Assembly: GCA_030427445.1 (NCBI GenBank)
Contig: JAUIBQ010000001.1
Location: 25,782-89,781, forward strand
Source of the DNA: a bacterium
Lineage (GTDB): Bacteria > Patescibacteriota > Saccharimonadia > Saccharimonadales > SZUA-47
Reading direction: 5' to 3'
Length of the DNA: 64,000 nt
Shown piece after piece: positions 29,758 through 40,359 of the stretch. The notes beneath the pieces are model-generated. The model saw only the letters and a program-made list of their open reading frames with translations. It made no database searches and was not told where the DNA came from. Numbering within the stretch: the first letter of the stretch is position 1; each line of letters opens with the position of its first letter. The position numbers were made by a program, and so were the translations under genes.

Positions 29758-30741
29758 ATGAGTTACGCAAACGTAGGTAAGATTGTTGATGAATCACAGC
29801 ATATCGTAGTGCTTCAAGCAGATAACCCAGACGGAGATTCTGTTGGTTCTAGTTTAGCGCTTGAAGCTATCCTGAGCGAAATGGGCAAACAAGTAACTCT
29901 TGTCTGTGCAATCGACATACCTGCACACCTTAAATACTTGAGCGGTTGGGACAGAATCCAGCGTGATGTACCAAACTCTTTCGACGCGACGATAATCGTG
30001 GACAACAGTACTGAAGCACTGTTTGAAATAATTGAGGGTCGTGAAAGCTTCGCATGGATTAAGACGAAACCAGTCATCGTCATCGATCACCACACAACAT
30101 CGAATGGGCTTTCATTTGCTACTGAAAGTATAGTCGAACCTGTAGTTGCGACAAGTGAACTGCTTTATAAGATTGCTAGTGAGTTAGAGTGGCCACTACC
30201 AACAGATGCTTGCGACATGATGGCAGTATCAATCATGAGCGACAGCCTTGGCCTGACAACAGATGCTACAACCGCTGATTCATTTCGTGTCATGGCCAAG
30301 CTTGTTGAACGTGGGGCTGATATAGCTAAACTTGACGCAGCAAGACGGGAAATGGGGAAGAAGGAACCAGAATTGCTGCCCTACAAAGGTGAATTACTCA
30401 GAAGAGTAGAATTTAGTGTCAACGGTAAGCTTGCCAGTATAACCATCCCCTGGAAAGAAATCGAAAAATACAGCCCGATTTATAATCCGACGATGCTCGT
30501 CATAGATGATATGCGTTCAACTATTGGTGTGGTTGTTGCAATAGGTTATAAGGTATATAGCGACGGTAAAATCACCGCAAAAATACGCTGCAACTATGGC
30601 ACACCTGTTGCTGACGCACTAGCAAGTCACTTTGGAGGTGGTGGGCACCCGTATGCTGCAGGATTTAAAATTCTCGACGGCACACCGATAGTCGACATCA
30701 AACGCCAAGTAGAAGAAAAACTAGAAGAACTACTAGCATGA
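29758..30741 (+). CDS. nrnA: DHH/DHHA1 phosphoesterase (NrnA-like)
   Basis: NPDGDSVGS, VIDHH, GGGGHPYAAG. Confidence 0.9.
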   Translation: MSYANVGKIVDESQHIVVLQADNPDGDSVGSSLALEAILSEMGKQVTLVCAIDIPAHLKYLSGWDRIQRDVPNSFDATIIVDNSTEALFEIIEGRESFAWIKTKPVIVIDHHTTSNGLSFATESIVEPVVATSELLYKIASELEWPLPTDACDMMAVSIMSDSLGLTTDATTADSFRVMAKLVERGADIAKLDAARREMGKKEPELLPYKGELLRRVEFSVNGKLASITIPWKEIEKYSPIYNPTMLVIDDMRSTIGVVVAIGYKVYSDGKITAKIRCNYGTPVADALASHFGGGGHPYAAGFKILDGTPIVDIKRQVEEKLEELLA

Positions 30742-32108
30742 AACTCTATAATACGCTGACACGATCTATTGAACTTTTCAAGCCAATACACGGCAGTCAG
30801 GTGTCGATGTATACATGTGGTCTAACAGTCTATTCACACCCCCATATTGGTAACTGGGTCGCGTATATTTACTGGGATATCCTCCAAAGAATACTGACTC
30901 ACCACGGGTACGACGTGAAACGGATACAGAATATCACCGATGTTGGCCACCTCACTAGTGACGATGACGCCGGAGAAGACAAGATGCAAGTACGCGCAGC
31001 AAAAGAAGGTAAAACTGCTTGGGATATAGCAGATACATATTCGTCGATTGCGCTTAATGAGTCTCAAGAGCTAGGACTTATCACCCCTACACTTATTAGA
31101 GCTACGAGTTGTATAGACAAACAAATAGAGTTCGTTAATCAGCTAGAAGACAAGGGCTATACCTACATAATCAAAGATGAAGGTGTGTATTTCGATACAA
31201 GTAAACTACCTGACTACGGCAAGCTTGCGCAGCTCGATATTGACGGACTAGATGCAGGTGCAAGAGTTTCTGTCGACGGTAAACGCAATCCAACCGATTT
31301 TGCATTATGGAAATTCAGCCCTAAGAATGCCAAACGAGATATGGAGTGGGAAAGTCCCTGGGGAGTAGGATTCCCAGGATGGCATCTTGAATGCTCAGCA
31401 ATCGCACACGAGTCGCTAGGCGAGCATATCGACATACATACAGGAGGTATCGACCACATACCTGTGCACCATACGAACGAAATTGCTCAAAGCGAAGCAT
31501 TATACGGACCAAACCTCGCGAAGTATTGGGTACATGCGAATCATATCAAGGTAAATGGTACAAAAATGAGTAAAAGCCTTGGTAACGTATACACACTTGA
31601 GGACATTAAAGAAAAAGGCTACAGTGTCGTCGCATTTAAATTACTAATCCTAAGTAAGCACTATCGCACAGAAGGTAATTTTTCATGGGAGATACTCGAA
31701 AGTTCACAAAATAGGCTACAAAACTGGCAGGCGCAGCGAGATAAAGTATGGCAGATCGACCAAGATACAGAGCACCAGCAAGCGTTGCAGCGCATTAAAG
31801 AGTCACTATACGATGATCTTGATACGCCTAAAGCACTTGCCGCAATCGACGAGTACTTCGATGCAGCAGAAAAAAGACAAAAAGCTCCAAACATTGAAGT
31901 GTTCAACACCATCGAAACATTACTCGGTATCAAACTGATAGACATCGATGCGCCTGACGAGATAAAAAAACTACTAGAAATGCGCTCAATCGCTCGTGAT
32001 AGCAAAAACTGGGAAGAGTCCGATAACATCAGACAACAGCTACATGAGTTAGGATACGGCGTGTCAGACGGTCCGCATGGACAGATCTGGTCACGTATTA
32101 AAGCTTAG
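30738..32108 (+). CDS. cysS: Cysteine-tRNA ligase
   Basis: YTCG, HIGN, PGWHLECS, KMSKSLGN. Confidence 0.98.
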   Translation: MKLYNTLTRSIELFKPIHGSQVSMYTCGLTVYSHPHIGNWVAYIYWDILQRILTHHGYDVKRIQNITDVGHLTSDDDAGEDKMQVRAAKEGKTAWDIADTYSSIALNESQELGLITPTLIRATSCIDKQIEFVNQLEDKGYTYIIKDEGVYFDTSKLPDYGKLAQLDIDGLDAGARVSVDGKRNPTDFALWKFSPKNAKRDMEWESPWGVGFPGWHLECSAIAHESLGEHIDIHTGGIDHIPVHHTNEIAQSEALYGPNLAKYWVHANHIKVNGTKMSKSLGNVYTLEDIKEKGYSVVAFKLLILSKHYRTEGNFSWEILESSQNRLQNWQAQRDKVWQIDQDTEHQQALQRIKESLYDDLDTPKALAAIDEYFDAAEKRQKAPNIEVFNTIETLLGIKLIDIDAPDEIKKLLEMRSIARDSKNWEESDNIRQQLHELGYGVSDGPHGQIWSRIKA

Positions 32109-32116
32109 GACGTTTA

Positions 32117-33205
32117 CTACGCAGTTGGTTTTTCTTTTTCTCTACTCTTGATCCACTCTTCTAATAAGATTTTAAGACATCCAACAACAGGTATTGCGAC
32201 AAACGCACCAAGTATACCGCCAAACCCTACTCCGATTATTGCAGCGATAAACACAAGCATTGGAGTTAAGTCATTGCCTCGTGACTGAATGATAGGCTGC
32301 ACTGAAGCATTTTCTATCTGCTGATACACGATAAAGTAGACAAGCACAACTGCTGCCATAGGAAGACTTGCAATTGCTGAAAATGTAATAACAATGAGAC
32401 TTCCTAGAATAGTACCAATCGTTGGTACGAGGCTGAAAAGAAACACAAGCCCTCCAAGTGCGACGATGTTGAGTGATGTCACGCCAAATATTTTTGTGAT
32501 AATCAACAACGATATCATTGCAAATGTTGCGCCTATCCCAGCTACAATTACTTGACCGTTTACATAATTAATAACTACTTCATACATCCTATGAGCGACT
32601 CGCTCATGATCTTTGCGCCTCTGCTTCGGATAGTGTCTCCAGAATGTCTTAATCCACCGAGGACCCTCAGATAGCATCATAAACGTAAGAATCAACACAG
32701 TCACAATAGATATCAAGTTCGACACGACACGATTAGCGACACTCACGGCACTATTGCTCACACGTGAGAAATCACTCGTCCAGCCCGAGACGAACTCTTC
32801 AACCTGTTCATCTATCTCGTTCTCGCTTATAAAGCTGCCGATGGTACCTTCATTTTCCTCTACATTGCTAATTGTATCTGGTAGTTTGTCTATAAAATCT
32901 GAAGTTTGAGAGAAAAGCGGCGGCAAAACGAGGCTGAAAAATAGTATCAAAAAAGATATAACACCTACATATGCAATTGCAGTCGCGGCTGTACGGCTTT
33001 TAAGCTTCAAAGATCGAGAAAGCTTTGTCACGATCGGGTTTAAGGCAAGTGCAAAGAAAAAAGACACGAAAATGAGTGTAATTGGATGAATCATCGCTTC
33101 AATTATCTGGAATGCAAACAATGTTGCGGCCACGATCAACACGATCGTCACAACTGTCTTTACTGATACTGTAATTTCTTGTGGTTTGTCTTTTCGTCCA
33201 AGCAT
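32117..33205 (-). CDS. AI-2E family transporter
   Basis: Multiple TM helices, QQIEN..QP, GILGAFVAIP. Confidence 0.9.
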   Translation of the reverse strand: MLGRKDKPQEITVSVKTVVTIVLIVAATLFAFQIIEAMIHPITLIFVSFFFALALNPIVTKLSRSLKLKSRTAATAIAYVGVISFLILFFSLVLPPLFSQTSDFIDKLPDTISNVEENEGTIGSFISENEIDEQVEEFVSGWTSDFSRVSNSAVSVANRVVSNLISIVTVLILTFMMLSEGPRWIKTFWRHYPKQRRKDHERVAHRMYEVVINYVNGQVIVAGIGATFAMISLLIITKIFGVTSLNIVALGGLVFLFSLVPTIGTILGSLIVITFSAIASLPMAAVVLVYFIVYQQIENASVQPIIQSRGNDLTPMLVFIAAIIGVGFGGILGAFVAIPVVGCLKILLEEWIKSREKEKPTA

Positions 33206-33245
33206 AGAATAATTATCTCTTAGTCAGCTAATTAGCGCAACTTTC

Positions 33246-34349
33246 TCATCGTTCATAAGCTTTTTCAAGTGTATCTACGATTCTTTGTATATCAAATTCA
33301 TGTACAAAATCGTGTTGTTTACCGCCTATGCTGGTTCGCAGTTTGTCGTCGGTCAGGAATGACTCAAGAACGCGAGCAAACTCTTCAAAGTTATTAGGGT
33401 TAAATAACGTACGTGGCTCTAACCCTAAGACACTTCGGTACCCAGGATTATCACCGCCGATCGTTACCCCCGCTTTTGCACTCATCGCTTCAGCCAATAC
33501 GATGCCGAAGCTCTCGCCACTCGTAGAAGGGAACACAGCTACATCTGCATCTGCTAAGTACTGAGCCTTTTGTTCATCGCTTACGAAACCAGGGAAGTGT
33601 ATTGCGATCTGTTTTTGGTCTGCTAACTGCTTCATTTCATCTAACAAAGGTCCTTTACCGCACATCGTGAGTTCTGTGTTAGCTTGGATTTTTTCTGGCA
33701 ACAAACTATACGACTCGACAAGTTGCCTCACACCTTTACGCTCGTCAAATCTACCGACATATACAACTTGTTTTTTATCAGATTTTTGCTTATTGAACGC
33801 ACTGTAAAATGCATAGTCCACAGGGTTTGCAAGCACCTCACCGTCCACGCCAAAGGTATCTTTCATGAAAACACGCGCAGGTTTTGATACGGCAAAAAAT
33901 CCATCAAATTTATTAAGATTCTTTTTCAAAAAAATACCAAGTAATTTTGTTCCAATCGACGTTAACCTGTCATACGGCAAGATATGAAATGTTCCAAATA
34001 CTTTTGTATCTTCACCTGCACTAGCCACAACTCTTCCAGCCATCAACGGACTATACGGCATCTGGACATGCAGCACATCCAAGTCCAGGCTGTTGAGAAG
34101 TTTTTTAATAGTACGCCTGCTCGCAGGTTTTGGAGTACGCACAGAATTACCATTAAAAGGCAATGAAACGAACCCTCCTAGAGAGTGCACATTCTTGATG
34201 TCGTCACGCTTTGTATCCGTGACGAGATAGTGTACTTCATGACCTCTACTCGACAATTCTTTACCAATATCAAGCACTGCTGCTTGCACACCGTCAGGTT
34301 TATCTAGAGTATCATCAAGTACTAATCCGATTTTTAGTCTATTGTTCAT
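33246..34349 (-). CDS. GT4 glycosyltransferase (PimA-like)
   Basis: DGVQ, GRFDERKG, GESFGIVLAEAM. Confidence 0.9.
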   Translation of the reverse strand: MNNRLKIGLVLDDTLDKPDGVQAAVLDIGKELSSRGHEVHYLVTDTKRDDIKNVHSLGGFVSLPFNGNSVRTPKPASRRTIKKLLNSLDLDVLHVQMPYSPLMAGRVVASAGEDTKVFGTFHILPYDRLTSIGTKLLGIFLKKNLNKFDGFFAVSKPARVFMKDTFGVDGEVLANPVDYAFYSAFNKQKSDKKQVVYVGRFDERKGVRQLVESYSLLPEKIQANTELTMCGKGPLLDEMKQLADQKQIAIHFPGFVSDEQKAQYLADADVAVFPSTSGESFGIVLAEAMSAKAGVTIGGDNPGYRSVLGLEPRTLFNPNNFEEFARVLESFLTDDKLRTSIGGKQHDFVHEFDIQRIVDTLEKAYER

Positions 34350-34373
34350 TAAAAGATAGTTTATACTACTATC

Positions 34374-35315
34374 ATGAAAGATGATAATTATACAATCAAT
34401 AGTGGTCACCTCGACGTAGGAGACGGACATCAAATCTACTATCAAGAGTGGGGCGACAAGACAGCTGCACCCATACTTTCATTTCATGGAGGACCAGGAA
34501 GCGCCACTAAAAATAAACATAAAAATATATTCGACCCTAAAAAGCACCATGTTATCTTTTTCGATCAACGCGGGTGTGGTAACAGTAAGTACATAGACCC
34601 ACTTAAAAATAATACGACTCAACACCTATGCAGGGATGCAATAAGGCTGCTTGATTATTTATCAGTGGATAAGGCTCATATATACGGGTATTCCTGGGGT
34701 TCAACGCTAGCTTTGTATTTTGCCACTAAACACACCAGCAAAGTCTCATCAATGATTATCGGCGGTGTATTTCTTGGTACGAACGAAGAAATCAACTACT
34801 TATTCAATGGCGGATATAAAGAATTTGCACCAGAAGCATGGGATTACTACTGCGAACCTGTACCGAACAAAGAACGCGATAACCCACTCGCTTTTTACGC
34901 TACAAACTTACTAGACCCTAATATCGACGACAATCACAAGCTAGACTTAGCGAAACACTACTCAATCTTAGAGTCTTCTATGGCAATGCTCGATAATGAC
35001 TACTACACGACGAAAATTAATTCCGATGATGTTGACCTGGAAGATATAACGAGTATGACTATCGGTCTACATTATTTTTCGAATGATTGCTTCATACCTA
35101 GTGCGTACTTCAAAGATAATTTAGTTAAACTTAAAAAAATTCAGTGTGTTATAGTGCAGGGCACTATGGATTTCGTATGCCCGCCAGCGACAGCTAAGCT
35201 TGTAGCTGACACCCTCGGAGAGAGTGCACATCTGCACTTAGTGCCTACTTCTCATGCACGCGAAGGAGCGATGAGAGAGACGATTAAGGCATATGTATGG
35301 AGTGTCTATAATTAG
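34374..35315 (+). CDS. pip: Proline iminopeptidase-like alpha/beta hydrolase
   Basis: HGGPG, FDQRGCG, GYSWG. Confidence 0.85.
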   Translation: MKDDNYTINSGHLDVGDGHQIYYQEWGDKTAAPILSFHGGPGSATKNKHKNIFDPKKHHVIFFDQRGCGNSKYIDPLKNNTTQHLCRDAIRLLDYLSVDKAHIYGYSWGSTLALYFATKHTSKVSSMIIGGVFLGTNEEINYLFNGGYKEFAPEAWDYYCEPVPNKERDNPLAFYATNLLDPNIDDNHKLDLAKHYSILESSMAMLDNDYYTTKINSDDVDLEDITSMTIGLHYFSNDCFIPSAYFKDNLVKLKKIQCVIVQGTMDFVCPPATAKLVADTLGESAHLHLVPTSHAREGAMRETIKAYVWSVYN

Positions 35316-36424
35316 CTCAGCGCTGACTTATACAGCTTTTCGTATTCATCGACTACTTTTTCGTAGTCAAATTGCTTCACGTATTCTTTAGCCCATTTCT
35401 GCCATACTTTTCGAATGACTTCGTCTTCCATCATAAGCTGCATACGTTCTGCATATGCAGTAGCATCGTTACAATCTACCAAAGATAATCTACCTGTTTC
35501 TGACAGCACCCATTTATAGCCATCGTTATGATGAGCGACAATCGGTGCCTGCATTGCCATAGCCTCAGCGAGTACGATGCCGAAGCTCTCGCCATAGAGG
35601 GCAGGTGAAGTGTATATAGAACACCGACTGAGTAAATCAAGTTTCGTCTCATCATCGATGAACCCAAGGAATTCTACATCTTTGATTTCATAATCTTGGA
35701 CATATTGTTCTAAGCTTTTCTTGAGTGGTCCGTCCCCGGCAATTTTAAGAACTACCTCAGGCTTCGATTGTTTTAGCTCGGCGAATGCTCGGATAGCTTG
35801 TTTTGCACCTTTGCGTTTTTCAAGTCTTCCTATGAACAATATCAAGTATGGGTCTCGTTCAGCTTTCCGAGCTTTATAGGTAGTACTGTCATAGCCATTC
35901 GGAATATAATTGATATCTTTCTCTGTGTATTCTTGAATATAACCAATCGCAGCAGGGGATACTGCAGTGATGACATCAACATGCGGAAGAACCGCACGTG
36001 CGTATGATTTATATGTGGAGACTAACGATTTACCCAATCGGTTACCAGGCAATGCAGCGTGAAATGTACCCACTCTGACTATATCGAGCTCTTCTGCTCG
36101 AGAAAGAATTTGTCTTCCACCTATAGGAACCATGGGCTCATGCACATGTATTATGTCGTAGTCATTTGCGAGAACCTCATCTATAGCTTCTACATCTAGG
36201 CTTATGGACACATCTGCTGAAGTTGCATGAGGTGCTCGTATCCTTGCTGAGTTACCTAAATAGAGTATACCTTCGGGTAATTCGTCATCATGATTGCGCG
36301 GTTTAGGAGTAATGACATCAACATGATGACCACGCTTTCTTAAGATTTGTGCTTGATACTGCACATGCTCTTGCACTCCACCTCCTTTAAATATGTTGTA
36401 TGGTGTAAAGAGTGCGATTTTCAT
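35312..36424 (-). CDS. GT4 glycosyltransferase (PimA-like)
   Basis: GGVQEH, HVHEP, GRLEKRKG, GESFGIVLAEAMA. Confidence 0.9.
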   Translation of the reverse strand: MKIALFTPYNIFKGGGVQEHVQYQAQILRKRGHHVDVITPKPRNHDDELPEGILYLGNSARIRAPHATSADVSISLDVEAIDEVLANDYDIIHVHEPMVPIGGRQILSRAEELDIVRVGTFHAALPGNRLGKSLVSTYKSYARAVLPHVDVITAVSPAAIGYIQEYTEKDINYIPNGYDSTTYKARKAERDPYLILFIGRLEKRKGAKQAIRAFAELKQSKPEVVLKIAGDGPLKKSLEQYVQDYEIKDVEFLGFIDDETKLDLLSRCSIYTSPALYGESFGIVLAEAMAMQAPIVAHHNDGYKWVLSETGRLSLVDCNDATAYAERMQLMMEDEVIRKVWQKWAKEYVKQFDYEKVVDEYEKLYKSALS

Positions 36425-36429
36425 GATAG

Positions 36430-37386
36430 CTATTTTACTAACTTTCTAAGTTCTTTTTGCAGGCTAGCAGGGAGTAATTGTGATGCCTCTTCAGGATCTG
36501 CCAAAATACTTGGTGCATGGTTCGGCATCGAAGCGTGATGCTCTTTGAAGTCATCAAAAATAATACGCATGTGCTGTTCAACTCTGTTGTTATCGAAATA
36601 TTGATCGTTATCGACACTTACGTGATGAACGACAAGTGGCACACGTACTGTACTGTTGTTTACAAATAACATTTCAGCGGCCGTCAGAAGATACGTTCTT
36701 GCATCATTATTCCTCCAAAGCATTACTTCAAAATCAACGGCATTAACGCGCTGCTCTTCTGTTAGATGATCAAGCTTTCTTCTCGCATTCTCACGTTTTG
36801 TGTACATTGTTTTAATAATAAGAGGGTGAAGTGCGACATTATAGTACACCCAAGAAAGTGGTCTTATCGCTACAAGTTTTGCACTACGAGCGAGTCTCTT
36901 CCGCTTCTTTTCACTCATCAAAAAATCATTTCCGTTAGAGAATCCGGCAAGTGAGACGAGCAACGTTACTTTTTTGCTCAGTTCTGGGTATCTTTGCAGC
37001 ATACGAGTCACGATAACGAACCCAAGAGACATACCAAATACAACCACTTTTTTATTACGATACTTTAACTTTACGAACGATGCTAAATAATCGGCTAAGT
37101 TATCGATTGTCGGTGGGATTCCGTGGTTTTCTATCGACTGCATCCCGCCACATCCAGGTATATCAGGCAGAGTTACATTGCCAAACTTTGACAAATACAC
37201 AGCGAATCCATACATCCTTTCAATGCTTGCATGAGAACCATAAATCAATAAAATTTCTTGCTTAGCAAATTTCTTCTTATCTGTTTTTACGCGAAGCATT
37301 CGGCCTTCTAGACCATTCATATTCAACGGCTGAATATTTTCTTGCATCGGTAGCAATACTTCTTTGAGTGTTGATTTTTTTGACAT
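36430..37386 (-). CDS. Alpha/beta hydrolase
   Basis: DIPGCGG and GMSLG nucleophile elbow. Confidence 0.8.
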   Translation of the reverse strand: MSKKSTLKEVLLPMQENIQPLNMNGLEGRMLRVKTDKKKFAKQEILLIYGSHASIERMYGFAVYLSKFGNVTLPDIPGCGGMQSIENHGIPPTIDNLADYLASFVKLKYRNKKVVVFGMSLGFVIVTRMLQRYPELSKKVTLLVSLAGFSNGNDFLMSEKKRKRLARSAKLVAIRPLSWVYYNVALHPLIIKTMYTKRENARRKLDHLTEEQRVNAVDFEVMLWRNNDARTYLLTAAEMLFVNNSTVRVPLVVHHVSVDNDQYFDNNRVEQHMRIIFDDFKEHHASMPNHAPSILADPEEASQLLPASLQKELRKLVK

Positions 37387-37454
37387 AATTATTACTACTA
37401 TTCTAAGCGATATCGCATATTAAATCAATTTATTTCAACACTATTTACAATATT

Positions 37455-38318
37455 TTACAATAGATTAATTTCTTGTAGTATTTCCGTACCGACATAGTTG
37501 TATTCCCATGGTTCAGGAACGGGGCCCTGCACATCAATGTTTTTTGGATAACTTGGGATAAAGCCGAATTTCTTTGCATTTGCGAAATCATCTGCTGATA
37601 ACCATTCATCACAAGCTGTACCGATGAAATTCTGGGCACCCAATCCTGCGCATGTCATATCAACTGTATAAGCCGAGTGATGCTTAGAATACCCGGGAGG
37701 GGCAGCGCCTTCTAGCACAGCGTTTATTGCTTCAATCTCTGTAAGACCACTAGCTATTTGTGCACTGTAGCGACCATAGAAAATAACTTCTTGCTCATCT
37801 AATGTCCGATACCCTGAAGAAATCGATAACTCTAACCCCTCTAAGGAAGCCTCCTGTACTATATTGGTCAGCGGCTCGACTACATCCTCCGCTACAACAA
37901 CACCTCGAAACGAACTCAAACTGTCACCAAAGTATATCTTTTGCAGCTTATACCCTCGTGACTCAGCAGTAGCGGAAACTAACCGGCTAAACTCAGTATC
38001 TTCATTAATATCAGGAGCAACCATTGGTGTCTGGGTGTCTGGGATAGGCAGTGAATACCAAAGTGACTGATATTTCTCATCACCCGATGCCTCTCCGACT
38101 TGCTCCTGGTTAGCCTGTTCAGCAGTGATAGTATCCTGTTCATCGACTAATTGCAGAGAAGGCGCTTCGTCCATACCTTTATTGTTTATAAACAGAAAGA
38201 TGCCTAGAACTACTATGGCAATAGAAGCAACAGCTATTGCCTTTCTACTGCGTGAAGACTTTCTCTTGGCAGCACTCTCTGTATTTTTATGTGTATCTCC
38301 TGGCTCTACAACTCTCAT
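37455..38318 (-). CDS. M15B D-Ala-D-Ala carboxypeptidase (VanY-like), membrane anchored
   Basis: SGYR, PGYSKH...D, EPWE (His replaced by Glu); N-terminal TM. Confidence 0.85.
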   Translation of the reverse strand: MRVVEPGDTHKNTESAAKRKSSRSRKAIAVASIAIVVLGIFLFINNKGMDEAPSLQLVDEQDTITAEQANQEQVGEASGDEKYQSLWYSLPIPDTQTPMVAPDINEDTEFSRLVSATAESRGYKLQKIYFGDSLSSFRGVVVAEDVVEPLTNIVQEASLEGLELSISSGYRTLDEQEVIFYGRYSAQIASGLTEIEAINAVLEGAAPPGYSKHHSAYTVDMTCAGLGAQNFIGTACDEWLSADDFANAKKFGFIPSYPKNIDVQGPVPEPWEYNYVGTEILQEINLL

Positions 38319-38334
38319 TCCACCCCTAAGTATA

Positions 38335-39198
38335 TTACAAATAGTCAGGCGCCGCTGGCTTACCTAGATATGACTCGAGTGAAGATGCATTCGATTCATG
38401 GTACGCAGTGGCATCACTAACACCTATGTAGCGTATATGCCACGGCTCATATGTGTACCCAGCTTCTGCTTTATTAGTTTTTGTATAGCGAATGATAAAA
38501 CCATATTTGTAGGAGTTCTCAGCGAGCCATTTGCCTTCAGGCAGATCGCCAAAGCAAGCTTCTAAACTACACGTACCACTCGGCACGATAATATCTGCAG
38601 CAAGGCCGGTTTGATGCTCACTATGACCGGGTCGTGCAGAGTAAGTATCTGCAGCTGCCTGGCCGTCTCGAGCGACATAATTGTTGTACAGCGTTTGCTG
38701 AGTTGTGTAACTACGAAACGCGTTTGAAAGCATGAGCGAATGTCCATCATCTTTTGCAGCGGCAAACATTTCTTCTAAAGATTGTGCAGCTCGTGCATCG
38801 ATCACAGCTCCTGATCGTTTCGTCACATCAGGGCTAGTAAGGTTACTTGGTGAGTAACTAAGCGGGGAGATGGCTATTCTTTTATTCACTAGCGTAAGCA
38901 CTGACAGCATTCCCGAAGTGCTAGGCTCTGGGGCAGGGGTTGTTTGGCTAGTTGGCTCTTCTTCGACTACTTCTTGTGATGAGCTGTCTTGTGCGGCCTC
39001 CTCTTTATCGTCATCTTGAGATGTAAGCACCACTACATCTTCATCGTAATTAGCGCTTTGACTCGTCAGAGTTTCGTTGTCGCTGCTCGTTGACACTAGT
39101 ACGCCTGCAGCTACAATAATTAAAAGCATAGAAATACCTAAAATGATTATCCAGTACGCCTTAAAAGCTGTTCTTAACGTTGTGAACGACAAACTCAT
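38335..39198 (-). CDS. M15B D-Ala-D-Ala carboxypeptidase (VanY/DacB-like)
   Basis: SARPGHSEHQTGLAAD and EPWHIRYIG; N-terminal TM. Confidence 0.92.
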   Translation of the reverse strand: MSLSFTTLRTAFKAYWIIILGISMLLIIVAAGVLVSTSSDNETLTSQSANYDEDVVVLTSQDDDKEEAAQDSSSQEVVEEEPTSQTTPAPEPSTSGMLSVLTLVNKRIAISPLSYSPSNLTSPDVTKRSGAVIDARAAQSLEEMFAAAKDDGHSLMLSNAFRSYTTQQTLYNNYVARDGQAAADTYSARPGHSEHQTGLAADIIVPSGTCSLEACFGDLPEGKWLAENSYKYGFIIRYTKTNKAEAGYTYEPWHIRYIGVSDATAYHESNASSLESYLGKPAAPDYL

Positions 39199-39212
39199 CT
39201 AGGGTGTGGCTA

Positions 39213-39389
39213 CTATTCTTCTGTCACTTCTGCATCAGTTGCATTTTTCTTGACCGTTTCAATACTGCGCATACAACTATCTTTAGTAGCAAACCCTTCT
39301 TCAGCAATCGCAATTATTTCACCGTTTCGAGCTTTCAGGCGCCATCGAAACTCACCTTTTTTGTCTTGGTATACTTCAAATTTTCCCAT
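39213..39389 (-). CDS. YegP/DUF1508 family small protein (absent from the ORF track)
   Basis: MGKFEVYQDKKGEFRWRLKARNGEIIA...EGF, 58 aa, AAGGAG RBS. Confidence 0.88.
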   Translation of the reverse strand: MGKFEVYQDKKGEFRWRLKARNGEIIAIAEEGFATKDSCMRSIETVKKNATDAEVTEE

Positions 39390-39414
39390 CGTTTCATCAC
39401 TCCTTTTTAGGCAT

Positions 39415-39461
39415 ATTTCACGCCATTTAGTGCTTTAACTCTTTACAATTTCACGCCATTT
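39415..39461 (-). repeat. 47-bp dispersed repeat, copy 2
   Basis: ATTTCACGCCATTTAGTGCTTTAACTCTTTACAATTTCACGCCATTT. Confidence 0.8.
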
Positions 39462-39477
39462 TAGATATATACCTATC

Positions 39478-40167
39478 CTAAAATGGACTCTGTGTTACAT
39501 TCTCTGGCCTTTCTATCGATACTGGCTGATACGAAAACACTGCAACGAAACTTGTTGTATTGCTTGTACCTTCAGCCTTGCTTATCCTACCATCACTCGC
39601 TACGTAAATGGTCGCATCGATATCATCTGGTTTTGTAACACTCCATATATCACAGGTGCCGGCAGGGCAGTCTGACTCACCAACGTACTCAGCATATTCA
39701 CTGTATTCCAAGATAGCGTCTTCGGAGTACATATAAGTACTTGCATCAACGCCGTTCTCGCTTGTCGTGAGAGAAAAGCAGGTATCATTTTGGCATGAGA
39801 TAAACTCATCTCCGAGCTGGTACACCCGTAAATTATCATTTTTAAACGTACCTTCAAGGAGGTAATTACCTTCACCGTCATAGTTTACAGTTCCAGTATA
39901 TGGCACGTCGTTTTCTGTGTCCTCAGCTTCCAGCTCAACTACGAAAGACTCTGAGGTTGTTGCGATAGGCTCAAACGTCTTTTGTTCGCCTACAGGTATC
40001 TCATCTACTTCTTGAATCTCTGACTGAGAAGATTCACTAGTAAGTTGCTCAGTATCCTTATCTGCTTCATTCATCGAGAAGAGAAAATATCCTACAGTAC
40101 AGACTAGAATTAATACAAGCAGCCCTACAATTATTTTTTGCGTTCTTGTCACTATAATCTCCCTCAA
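39478..40167 (-). CDS. Membrane-anchored exported protein
   Basis: N-terminal TM, acidic beta-rich domain with paired cysteines. Confidence 0.7.
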   Translation of the reverse strand: MREIIVTRTQKIIVGLLVLILVCTVGYFLFSMNEADKDTEQLTSESSQSEIQEVDEIPVGEQKTFEPIATTSESFVVELEAEDTENDVPYTGTVNYDGEGNYLLEGTFKNDNLRVYQLGDEFISCQNDTCFSLTTSENGVDASTYMYSEDAILEYSEYAEYVGESDCPAGTCDIWSVTKPDDIDATIYVASDGRISKAEGTSNTTSFVAVFSYQPVSIERPENVTQSPF

Positions 40168-40285
40168 AGCTTATAATTGCTTAACTATAGTATACTCCTG
40201 TAAATAACGTAATGCCACTAGCCTTTTTTAAAGTGTTGAGAAGATTTGATATACCAAGTATAATATCTCCTGCAACTTAAGGTAA

Positions 40286-40359
40286 TGGGAATTAGCCAAG
40301 TGGTAAGGCAGTGGGTTCTGGTCCCATGATCGGGGGTTCGAATCCCTCATTCCCAGCCA
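40286..40359 (+). tRNA. trnQ: tRNA-Gln(CTG)
   Basis: TGGGAATTAGCCAAGTGGTAAGGC...TTCTGGT...GGTTCGAATCC...CCA cloverleaf. Confidence 0.96.
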
